Shown here: piece by piece, positions 48,840-59,115 of the stretch
Layout: every line of letters begins with the position of its first letter
How positions within the stretch are numbered: the stretch's first letter is position 1
From: Lama guanicoe
Lineage: Eukaryota
Direction: 5' to 3'
Length of the DNA stretch: 64,000 bases
Assembly: GCA_013239625.1 (NCBI GenBank)
Contig: MU053934.1
Span: forward strand, 1,729,031-1,793,030
Translations under genes and position numbers: made by a program
Notes under the pieces: model-generated
What the model saw: only the letters and a program-made list of their open reading frames with translations
What the model was told of the DNA's origin: nothing
Databases searched by the model: none

Positions 48840-51589
48840 AGGGATTATTAAACTGGTTTTACAAGGGGGGAAACCCAGGACCAGAGCCAAGATTTGCCCA
48901 AGGTCACTCATCCAGTCCAAGGTGAATCTGGGCTGAGGCCTCAGTCAAGGCAGATGGTCAGCTGAGCCCATCTTAACACACCACCAGGCACATGGGAGAC
49001 AAAGCAAAAAGGTGGGCTGTGCCTCTGGGAGACTAGAGAAGAGACGGGCGGGTGAAAAGGAGGACTTGAGACCTGGAGGGAGGCAGGGCAAATCCTGGAG
49101 CCAAAGGCAGGCGCTCAGGGATGTGCGGGGCCAGGGAGCAGGGGAAGGCCACCAGAAATAGAGACTTGGACTCCTTTTGGTCCAATTCCCTCATTGGACA
49201 GATGAACAAATGAGGACCAGACAGGAGATTCTCTTGCCCCGGGTCTGTAACATCAGGGCTGCTGAGAAAGTAAGAGGAGGGGGAGTTAGATGGGGAGGGG
49301 TTTGGCAAAGCCTGGTGCTCTAGCAAAGGCGGAGGGTAATTCACGTCGGGTGGGCGGGAGTCTTCTGGCCTCATTCGGTCCCCTTCCCTCACCTCTCTCC
49401 CACCAACGATAAAAATGGCTATTATTTTCCAAGTGTTTGGGACGCGCAAAGTCCTGTTCATTATGTTCCACCTTTATCCTAACAGCCCTGGGGGGTAAGG
49501 GCTGGGAATATTATCACTTCCTTTTCTTCAGAAGAGGAAACTGCACCCAGAGAGGTGAAGTAACTTGCCCAAAGTCACAGAGCCGGCGAGAGGCAGAGCT
49601 AGGAGTTAAGTTCTGGCAGTGGGTACTGAGTCCTGGGTCTCAGGCTCACATCACTCTGGCTCTGGTGGCCTCCTTCCAAGCATGATGGAAGCCCCCACCC
49701 TTTCCCCCCAAGGTCATCTCACCTGACCTTCAGGTTGAGAATATCTCAGCCTCAGCATCCGCCTTGTGATCTGGCCAAGGAACTGCCGCCCTCGCCCAAG
49801 ACATGGGACAGGTAGCAAAGCAGCCTGGAAGCCTGGGGCACCGTGGGTGCCAGCCACCCAGCAGGAATCTTCTCTCTTTTAACCAGCTGCCTCCTCCCCT
49901 CTGGGAAACTGCTCTCAGCCCTCCTGCTCCCAGACCCTGGCCCAGGACGATGACTCAGCCTGAGCTCTGGAGCTGGCTGACCTTCCGCCACCGCCTCCTC
50001 CCCCCACCTGTCCCTTTCTGGCTGGAGCTCCCAGGAGGTAATTATCACCCACCCCAGGGCGGCCGTGCCAGGACCGCCTCGGCCCGCACGTCCGCTGGGC
50101 CAGGCTCTGCCCTCATGTCCTTCTGGTGAGGCGCCACTGCTCACCTTTACTGGAAACCCCCCCCAGGGTACATGTAAAGACCTCAGGTCCTCTTGCAATG
50201 CTCTGGTTTTTTTTAAGAGATTGCCATATTTTGACCTAAAGAAATCAAATTTTAGAATAAGCTCTTTCAGATGGTTCTCAACTCTGCACTGCCCCAATCC
50301 AGTCCACCCTACCAGCCCCCTTGCGAATTACCAACCTAATGAAAATCTTCCCCTTTCGTGGATGGGGAAACTGAGGCTCAGAAAGGGAAAGGCGCTTCCC
50401 CAAGGCCACTTGGCTGGGAGGGTGCAGGCTTGGTGTCTGAATGTGTATCCCAGCCCCTGGCAATGGAATCTCGAGGGTCTGGCTGGGGTCCCAGCCTGCC
50501 AGTGTGGAGAGGGGGCCTCTGTGACCCTTGGCGGCTTAAGAGTCAAATGAGGCAGTAACTGTTTGTCATGCTCGGGTACCACACTTTTAGCCACTTCTTC
50601 ATCCACTGATTCACTTAGAGCCAGATAGCCTGAGTTGGAACACCAGCTCCACCAAACGTAGTGCTCTGTGACTTTGAGCAAGTCAGTTAACCTCACGGAG
50701 TCTCGGTCTTCTCATCTATGAAATGGGTATGATAATAATGCCCCCCCCCCCGCTCACAGGGCTGGAGTGAAGATTAAATGAGTGGATACATGTATAGCAC
50801 TTAGCAAGTGCCCAGGGCATGCTGAGTGCTTGATAAACGTGAGCTGTGCTTATTAGTCCTGGTGAGTGCATTATGTGAGCAAAGCCCAGTGCCCACTCCC
50901 CTGCCCCTTGCCCCCGCCCCAAGGAACTCACAGGGCAGCGCCGGAGACTGTGGGGAAAGTAGGTCCAGAGAGATGAGGGCTAGGGTGAAGGACCCAGAAA
51001 GGGGATGTGGTGGTGGTGGTGGGGTTCCCCGGGGGTCCCTAGGGAGCTCCACATGCTGTGGAGGGTGCCAGCAATTCTAGCTCTGGCTCTGGCACCCACC
51101 TGCTCTGTGCCTTTGGGCAGGTTGCTGGCCTGCTCTGGGCTGCAGGCTGTTGCTTTGCAGGGCGGAGGTGCTGGACCATCTCTCCAGAGACCTGCACAGC
51201 CGGATGTCCAGGAGGCCAGCCACGGCTCGCTGGGCTATTTTTACCGGGACTGTGGGCAGTCACACACTCATCTTGGAATCAGAACCTGGGGGGTGTGAGG
51301 GAGCCCCAAGGTCATGTAGCCTGACCCCTCCTGTCTGAGGCTGGACCAGCCCACTCACAGCCTCTTTGGGCCCAGTCTTGTCCTACCTGTAAAACCCAAG
51401 GTGGGGCACCACTGGACCCTCCTCTCTCGGGCCCCCCAAGGCACTGCATCCCAGGTATTACATCCTATCCTTTTGTCCCCTCCAGGCTTGTACACATTGT
51501 TATCTATATTTTCAGCTGTTTAGAAAGTCACAGAAAAGTTACAGGACTGGAGATGGGGAGAGAGGGTGGAGTAGGGACTCATTACAAGT

Positions 51590-51800
51590 GATGGATACAG
51601 AGACACAGATGGGGAGAGAGAACAGAGGGACAGAGATGGAAAAGGACAGGCAGACAGAGATAGAGACAGAGACAGACAGAAATGGAAAGAGAGGTGTACC
51701 TTCAAACACAAGGAGACAGAGAAAGACAAATAGGAAAGGATTTAAAGACAGCGAGAGGAGAGATCCGGGGGGAAGAAAAAATAGGGGAAGAGAGAGATCA
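51590..51800. repeat. GA-rich low-complexity tract (GAGACA/GACA units)
   Basis: Direct reading of the sequence. Confidence 0.75.
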
Positions 51801-52829
51801 CAGTGGAGGAGACTCAGGGACGAGGAGGGGTCTGGCGCAGGGTCTGAGCAAGCTTCCTCTTCTCTGGGGCTCAGTGTTCCCATCTGTAAAACCACATCTG
51901 AGCTCAGTGGCGACCCCTAAGGTTTCCCTGGATTGTCACTGTGGTGTGAGGGGTATGGAGAGAGGGTTGGGATCAGCCTCTGAACTCTTCAGAGTTGGGT
52001 AATGCTTTAATATTCAGTCCCCACTGTCAGTTCAGTATGACTAACCCCATCTAGCCTGTGGGAAGCTGGGGCTCAGAGAGGCACCGACATTTTTCTGAGG
52101 CCACACAGCTCACTGTGATGGGATGGGCCTGGGCTACTGAACGTGAGTGGCAGGACTTCTCACCCACCTTCTGCCTCCTTGTGTCTGTGGGCCCAGATCC
52201 GTGTCTCCCCCGAGGCTGTCCCATCACCTCCCTGCTTTATCCCCTCTCTGGCCCTCAGTGTTCAGTGGGCTGGGGCAGAGGACCACACACACACTCTTCC
52301 CAAGCTGGCCATGGACCCTCTCCGAACAAAGGGCAAGGAGGGACATGTGTTTGCCACCCAGGCTCCCTTCTCCCCATTCCTCAGTGAGACACTGCAGCCG
52401 CGGACTCCTTCACTAAGGAAAGAAAGAAATTTAAGGAGCAGAAATAAAGCCAGGGCCCTGTTCCTGCTTCCATCAGCCAGTGAGGCTGCTCTCCCTAAGT
52501 CACCTGTTGTGACTAACGGTGACGCACAAGCAGAAATACCGGGCGCTGTTCCAGGTGCTGTTCCAGGCGCCGGATGTATGTTAATTTGCCTGATGCTCAC
52601 AAAGGCTTTTAGGGTAAGTGATAAGGGAAGTATTATTTTTATTTCCCAGAGGAGGAAACTGAGGCTCAGAGTGGTGGAATAACTTCCTGCAAAGAGGCAG
52701 GTGGCGAGAGCCCGAGTCGATGATGACAGCCCCACTATGTTTACATTCACACGTGTTCAAGCGTGATAGCTCACCCCCACTGTATGTCCCCACGCCCCAG
52801 CCCTGGGCTAGGGGCTTAGTGTGTATCAC

Positions 52830-53395
52830 CTCGTTTCACCCTCATGGCCAGCATGGTTGGTTCCCTGCACGACAGCCTTCCCTTCAATTCCATCCCATCT
52901 TCCTTTCCTTAAGAGTCTCACTTTGGTCCCAGTGGTGCTCAGGGAAGATGACTCCAGCCTGGCCCCAGGGGTGAGTTAAATGTGCTCTCAGCCCATCATG
53001 GTGGTCTTGCCTGTGATTGGCTTAGGCATGCGCATGAGATTGTGTCCTGGGAAATGGAGGCTGAGAGGGAATCTGTCAGAATGGAGGGAGGGGGCTTCCA
53101 GGAAGTTCTCCCTTGTTTTTAAAAGAGTATATGAAGCAGGAACTTGCTTTTTCCTGCTTTTGGATGTTCGGTGAGGGTGTAATGCCTGGAGCTGTGGCAG
53201 CCATCTTTTGACCTTGAGGGGAAGATGGATTGTAGAGAAACAGACCCCAAGCTGCTTGGTGGTCCTGAGCCAGAGCCCCTCGTTGAGCCCCATCAATCCC
53301 AAGTGCCATGAGAGGCAATAATGAAATGTTGAACTGTTGTGTTTTAAGCCATTACATTTTGGAGTGATATATTATGCAGCAGTAGAAATCAGAGC
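52830..53395 (+). mobile_element. Old MaLR LTR remnant (MLT1 family)
   Basis: TGTAATGCCTGGAGCTGTGGCAGCCATCTT; ends GTTTTAAGCCATTACATTTTGG..TTATGCAGCAGTAG; may be a composite. Confidence 0.55.
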
Positions 53396-54315
53396 AGTAA
53401 GTGTTTCATAGACCTTTGGTGAATTAAATGTATTAGGTACATAATTAGATGGAATTTTTTTTCCTAAGGGAAGCTGCCATGTAAAAGAATCCAAGAATTT
53501 CCATTGAGTGGCAGTGACCTCAGGTCCCCTGGAATAATTCATCTTTGCTCCAGAGAGTTTCTCAATGGCCTCTCATAGACACTTCCCCGTAAGGTGAGAG
53601 GTGAGATACGAGTGACCCGGATCTGGCCAACCCCTAGCCTTTGGAACAGCACACACGGCTTAGGATGCTCGCCAGCCCAGCCTGCAGACACTTAGCGGGG
53701 GATATGGTCATTTGGCTTCAACTGGCAGGTCAGTGAGTCTTGCCTGGAGAATGTCATCCAATGTCATCGGCTGTGCCTCAGGGTGCCCGCAGCATGGAGG
53801 GCGAGACTGCAGGACGCAGGTCACTGGGAAGGCAAGAGTCAGCTTGTCCAGAAGGTGTATCAAGGTCACAATCACGTGGCTAGTGACAGGGGCAGCACTG
53901 GAGTCTGCCACAGGGGGACAAATCAGGGCCTCCAGGCCTCTTTTCACCCACATTTGCAACAGGACTGGTCCCCGCCCCGGACTAAGTTAGCCCCCTGGAT
54001 TTGGCCAATTCAGGGAGAAGGAAGGAGGACCCCGAAGGAGACGTTGGATTTCCTGCTAACTTGAAAGTGGAGGTTCAAGCTGGTTTTACTTGGAAAAATG
54101 GGGGAGTTGGGGACTCTCTCTCCCCAAGCGGAAGAGGCACACCACACTGCTTACGTCTACGTGTGCATCCCCCGAGGCAGGGAGTGGTTCGGAGTGGATG
54201 CCCTGGGTTCACTCCCAGCTCGACTGCTTCTCAGTCAGGTGCTCTTAGGCAAGCTGCTTAAGCTCTCTGTCTTAGTTTCCCCATCAGTAAAACAGGGACG
54301 ATGACACTGTTAGTC

Positions 54316-54445
54316 ACTATTAGTCAGGGTCCTCCAGGAAAACAGAACCAAGAGGATGTATTTAGAGAGAGATTTATTTTAAGGACTTGGCTCTTACACG
54401 ATTATGGGGGCTGGCTAGTCTAAGATCTACAGGGTAGACTGGGAG
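54316..54445 (-). mobile_element. MLT2 (ERVL) LTR fragment
   Basis: TATTAGTCAGGGTCCTCCAGGAAAACAGAACCAA..GATTTATTTTAAGGACTTGGCTC. Confidence 0.6.
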
Positions 54446-55145
54446 CTTGAACAACCCCGTCCCAACCCCACTCCACCGTCTGCCCTCTTCCACCCTCTAG
54501 TACTTAAACCTTTTCTCAACACCCAGACTTCTTAGCCTGGCACAGAGGACACCCGACCCCCCAGAATTATCTAAAACCACCACTCCTTTCTCCTTCATAC
54601 GATGGGCTGCAGCCCCAGTGAGCTATCTCCAAACGGGACCTGTTTCATCCCAGGTCTGCACCGTCACTCCTGTTCCTCCCTCCCGCCCGAGTCCTGCCAT
54701 AGGATGACAAACTCCTGCCCATCCTTTAAGACCCAGTGTGCCCTGGTCCCTTCTGGGCAATATGGGCCACGTCTCCCGTCTCTGCTTGTCATTGCATTCT
54801 GTAGACACCTCTCTCTCTCCTCTCCACTTTCAGACTGCAAAATTCCTGAAGCTGGAGATTTTGTATTACTCATCATTTGGTTTCTCCTTGTCCACCTGTG
54901 CCCAGCACTGAGACATCTGATAAATGTTGCTGAATGAGTTACACGGTCCCAGCCAGTGGTCATCCATTCTTGTCTGTGTCTGATGACGAGGAACTCACTT
55001 CTCTTCAGGCAACCTGTTCTATTTTCAGAAACTCTAACCTGCTATGATGGTATTAAAAATAGGAATGTGGGACTTCTACAGAATCGCTGTCCCCCAACCT
55101 GGCTGGAGACTATCTTTTAATTGTTTGTCCGTTTTCCACCCTCTT

Positions 55146-55789
55146 TGTTACCGAACCAAACTTGGGTCTGCTTGCCCATGTGCAGTAAAGCCAGTCTCCT
55201 GACACCCCATTGTGGGGAAGGAAAGTGCAATGTTTATTGCAGGCGCCAAGCAAGGAGTCCAGGCAGCTAGTTCTTAGAAGACCCAAACTCCCTGAAGACT
55301 CTCAGGGAAAGGTCTTTAAAGGCAGGTTGAGGGAGGGGGCTGTGGGGTGTGTGATCAGCTCATGGATTGATCAGCTCTGACTGGTGGGCGGTGAGGTCGT
55401 TGGGAGTCAACATCCTCAACCTTTTGATTCCAACTGGTCTGGGGTCTGCATGCTTGTGGGCAGCATACAGTTAAATGTTCCACCTGGTGGGGGTTTCAGT
55501 CTCTGCAAAACAGCTCAAAGGATGTGACTCAGAATGTTGCCTACAGCCCTCAAGGAGGAACTGAAGGCCCTTGACTTTGCTTAGTGGCTGAACTATTATT
55601 ATTTTGTCTTGCTTGATCGTTTTCCTTTGTTTCTGCCTTTTTTCACTTCTCTGATGAAATGTACTCTTCAGAACACAGGGAAGCCTAGGAGACTAAAGCG
55701 TTAGTACAAACAAGAGGCAGGTGGAGGACATGGGGGTGGGGATGGGGTGTCTGTCCTGGGAAGACCCCATACGGTCCTGCTCGGCTACA
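55146..55789 (-). mobile_element. ERV solo LTR (ERV1-like), 644 bp
   Basis: TG...CA termini with an imperfect inverted repeat TGTTACCGA / TCGGCTACA; AATAAA on the minus strand (TTTATT near 55233); flanks TCTT / TCCT could be an imperfect 4-bp target-site duplication. Confidence 0.75.
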
Positions 55790-55929
55790 TCCTTCTCTTC
55801 TTCATAAAGAGGAAGACCATTTTTTAATGACTCGAAGGAAGCTAATTTTATGTATATAACAAAATCATGGCAGAGGGAGGAAGAAGGGAAAAAGTTGTGT
55901 TGGCAAGGAGTTTTAAGAAGAGAGGGTCT

Positions 55930-56140
55930 AACACTACTGTATATAAAATAGATAAACAGCAAGGACCTACCATATAGCACAGGGAACTATATTTAATATT
56001 TTGTGAAAAACCAATTAAGGAAAAGAATCTGAAAAAGAATACACATATGTAACTGAATCCATTTGCTGTACGTCTGAAACTCACACAACATTGTAAATCA
56101 ACTATACTTCAATTTTTTTAAAAAAAAAGTCTAAAAAAAG
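55930..56140 (+). mobile_element. L1 3' terminal fragment
   Basis: TATATAAAATAGATAAACAGCAAGGACCTAC..ATAGCACAGGGAACTATAT..CACAACATTGTAAATCAACTATACTTCAAT followed by an A tail. Confidence 0.85.
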
Positions 56141-56681
56141 AGAGGTTTTACAGCAGACTTGAGGTATGAGGGAAGTAGATAATAAATATTGATGTCGCCT
56201 ATGTATTGGGGGCTCTTTTAAAGTCCTTCAAGAAACTCAAGAATGAATTTCTCCTTAATCACTTTTAGTTGTTGAATGGTATCATTTCAACACGGCATTG
56301 CTCTGGGACTGAACCACGTGAATCTCTGGGTGCAGGAGGGTCATGGCCAGTCAGTGGGAGATTCATTTGTGCTCGGACATAGGTTTCTCTCCAACCTTGT
56401 GACTTTTACTTGTGTGGATGCAGGATCATCTTGATGAGCATCTAGCTTAGAGCCAGTCCATGCACTTCCTGAAGTTTAATTATTATCTAACTATGACGTG
56501 ACTTTATGAAAATTCTCCCCTACACCTCCTGCCACCTCTATGCTGTTTGAATACCAGCTCCAGAGAGCGGCCCCTGATCAGTGACGGTCAACACCATCAG
56601 ATGATACCCCTTTCTTTATAACAAATATTTGGTGACATCCCCTTCATTCTCCTAAAATGAAGCTCATTGATAATATAATCT

Positions 56682-56809
56682 GGGGGGAGGGGATAGCTCA
56701 GTGGTAGAGCACATGCTCAGTATGCATGAGGTCCTGGGTTCAATCCCCAGTACCTCCACTAAAAAAATAAATAAAAATAAAAGTTAAAAAACTATAAATA
56801 CAAAAAAAA
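56682..56809 (+). mobile_element. Full-length tRNA-Ala-derived SINE (Vic-1-like)
   Basis: A box TAGCTCAGTGG 56694-56704, B box GGTTCAATCC 56737-56746, A-rich tail, perfect 13-bp target-site duplication GATAATATAATCT (56669-56681 and 56810-56822). Confidence 0.93.
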
Positions 56810-57589
56810 GATAATATAATCTACCACATCCATGATTTAAAAAATTTCATATCATGTCCTAAGTGTAATATGTACAAAAATAAAATGAAAAATTTTATGA
56901 TCAAATTCAATGTCTTTCAATATTTAAATGCTCCAACATGATGGCACCAGAGGACATAGAATTGTCACCTCTGCAACACCTACCAGGCAGGTACGTTGGG
57001 TGGGTGACCACATGGTCAGGACAGTCTGGGTTACACTGCAATGACAGACACTCCAAGCATCTCCCAACTCCTCAAGCTGACTTCTCACTCAGGTTTCATG
57101 TCCAGCGTGGTTGGCAGGGCTCTGCTCTTCCCAGAGACCCAGCCGGACCACAGCGAGTCCGTCTAGACCTGCCCATTCCCAGTGGCCATGACGGTGGAGG
57201 GATGTGGAAAATACTCACTGGCTCTAAAAAGACTCCGCCACAAGTGACACATATCCTCTTGCATTTCAGTGACCGCGCAAACTTCATGGCCATACCTAAC
57301 TTGAAAGGGTCTGGGGACATGCCATCCTACCACGCGCCTGGAGGAGAGGCCCCCAGAGTATTTACAGAATCCACAGTGACTGCCACCACCACCGGAATCC
57401 CATGGTGACACTGCCATGAGAGGTGCCATTTTCTGAAATGGTGAACACCACCTGTAAAGTTCCCAATTATAGAAAAAAATTTTCAATTTATGCAGTGTTT
57501 GTATTCCTGGAAAACTAAATTTATTTTTGAACAGTTCAAAGACAATGTATGTATAAGTACAACTTATACATTCTAGAGTTCAGGTCTAG

Positions 57590-57765
57590 AACGTGGGATC
57601 CATCTTCGTTATGTGTTTTTTCCTGCGCATTCTAGAACACCGAGCATCCCCTCCCTCTCCCCTCCCCCACTAAATGTCAGTATCCTCCCCACTGCAGCAA
57701 AACGCTCCCACAAACACCCAAAATGCCCGAGGGGGCAAATGAGTCCCACTGAAAGCCACCAACCT
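57590..57765 (-). mobile_element. Degraded MER20-like element
   Basis: TCCTGCGCATTCTAG..AGCATCCCT..CCCACTAAATGTCAGTA..AAATGCCCGAGGGGGCAAAT matches reverse-orientation MER20. Confidence 0.5.
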
Positions 57766-59061
57766 AGGTTAGTGGTTGCAGCAGACCTTTTCCGGCGGAA
57801 TAGCCCCATTTGGCTTCTTTCTTTCTTTTTTTTTTTAATTTGGCTTATCTCTAATGAAATAGCATCAGAACCTAAGTGTACACCTTGGCGGAAAGTACCA
57901 CTGCTCTAGCAGTGAAGCAGGGATGTCCACTCTGCCCAACCCCTATTGCACCGTATCCACCCCCTCCCGCACCTGTCAGAAAACCCCGAGTTCCCAGGGC
58001 TCAAAACTTGGGGCTCCAAATAGCCCAGTTTCATAATTCACTAGACCCACAAACTCACGTCTGCTCTCTAAAGCATGCATGTGATGAGTGGGAGCCATCC
58101 TGCCCTCGAGGAGTTTTGAATCTGATAAGTCAGGTGAAAACTTTTGATGAGGTAGTTAAAAAATCTACATTGGCCACAATGGAGGCAAAAGGCTGCCAGT
58201 CAGAAGATGAGGTGGTCTGTACTTCAGACAAGATGCTCATCTTCCCTGAGAAGATATCAGCCTTTGGTGAGTGGGAATATTTTCAGCAAAAATCCTGTTC
58301 TTCTAAATGTGTTAACACTGGTTCAATATTTTGTTTCTATTTCTGTTGGAAATGACAGCATGGAAAGAATGTTTATATCTTTCGGTAATGTATGTATATA
58401 TATACACACACATAGGTGGTTGGACCAAGGAAACAGAATTGATGCCAGTCACTAGAAGGTCAAGTTTTTGTGGTTATTTTTTTTTAAAGATGTACCTTTC
58501 ACTTGCTTGAGAGAAAAATATGAATAGTGTGTGTTTGTGACCACACAATGAAATATAAAATGTAAGATATAATTTAAATTATCGATAAAATGACAAATGT
58601 GCATGTGATGTGTGGTATGTTTTGGGAAGCCTGTCCTGTGGTTTTTTTTGTTGTTGTTGTTTTTTGTTTTTGATGTCATCTGATACCTCCAGTTCGGCTC
58701 AGTTAAAGGTTAGCCAAGACAAGAGCTCAAATGAGTCATCACACACAGCCTTTCATAATTTATCGCTCAGGCTCTCCCAGATATTACCCAGGCTCTGATT
58801 TCTTTTATGTCCTCTCCAACTTCTCAGCCTGGCTCCAGCCTGAAAGCCACAGTCCTGGGCAGAGTCATTAGCATGGGCTTTGAGAGTCCGAAGTGGTCAC
58901 CTTGGCTGTCCTGGGAGTATGACTCCTGTGGATCTCAGGGCAGCAGGTAAAACTGACTGAAAGCCGAGACCAGATGTAGCAGAGGAGGAGTTAGACACAT
59001 TCACACACTCAGGCTCACACGCACACGGCTGCACATACACCTGGCATCTTGTTGGAGACAC

Positions 59062-59115
59062 TGTGCATGTGCATGCACGTGCACGCGCGCGCGCACACAC
59101 ACACACACACACACA
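59062..59115. repeat. Compound alternating purine-pyrimidine microsatellite: (TGCA-type), (CG)5, (CA)n
   Basis: 54 bp of uninterrupted RY alternation. Confidence 0.9.

Noticed and set aside
52542..52570. REST/RE1-like GGCGCTGTTCCAGGTGCTGTT
   Set aside because: Mismatches at core RE1 positions; better explained as a 12-bp tandem repeat (GGYGCTGTTCCA) within a MIR-like remnant
56686..56758. Possible tRNA gene
   Set aside because: Poly-A tail, target-site duplication, altered anticodon loop and multiple diverged copies identify it as a SINE
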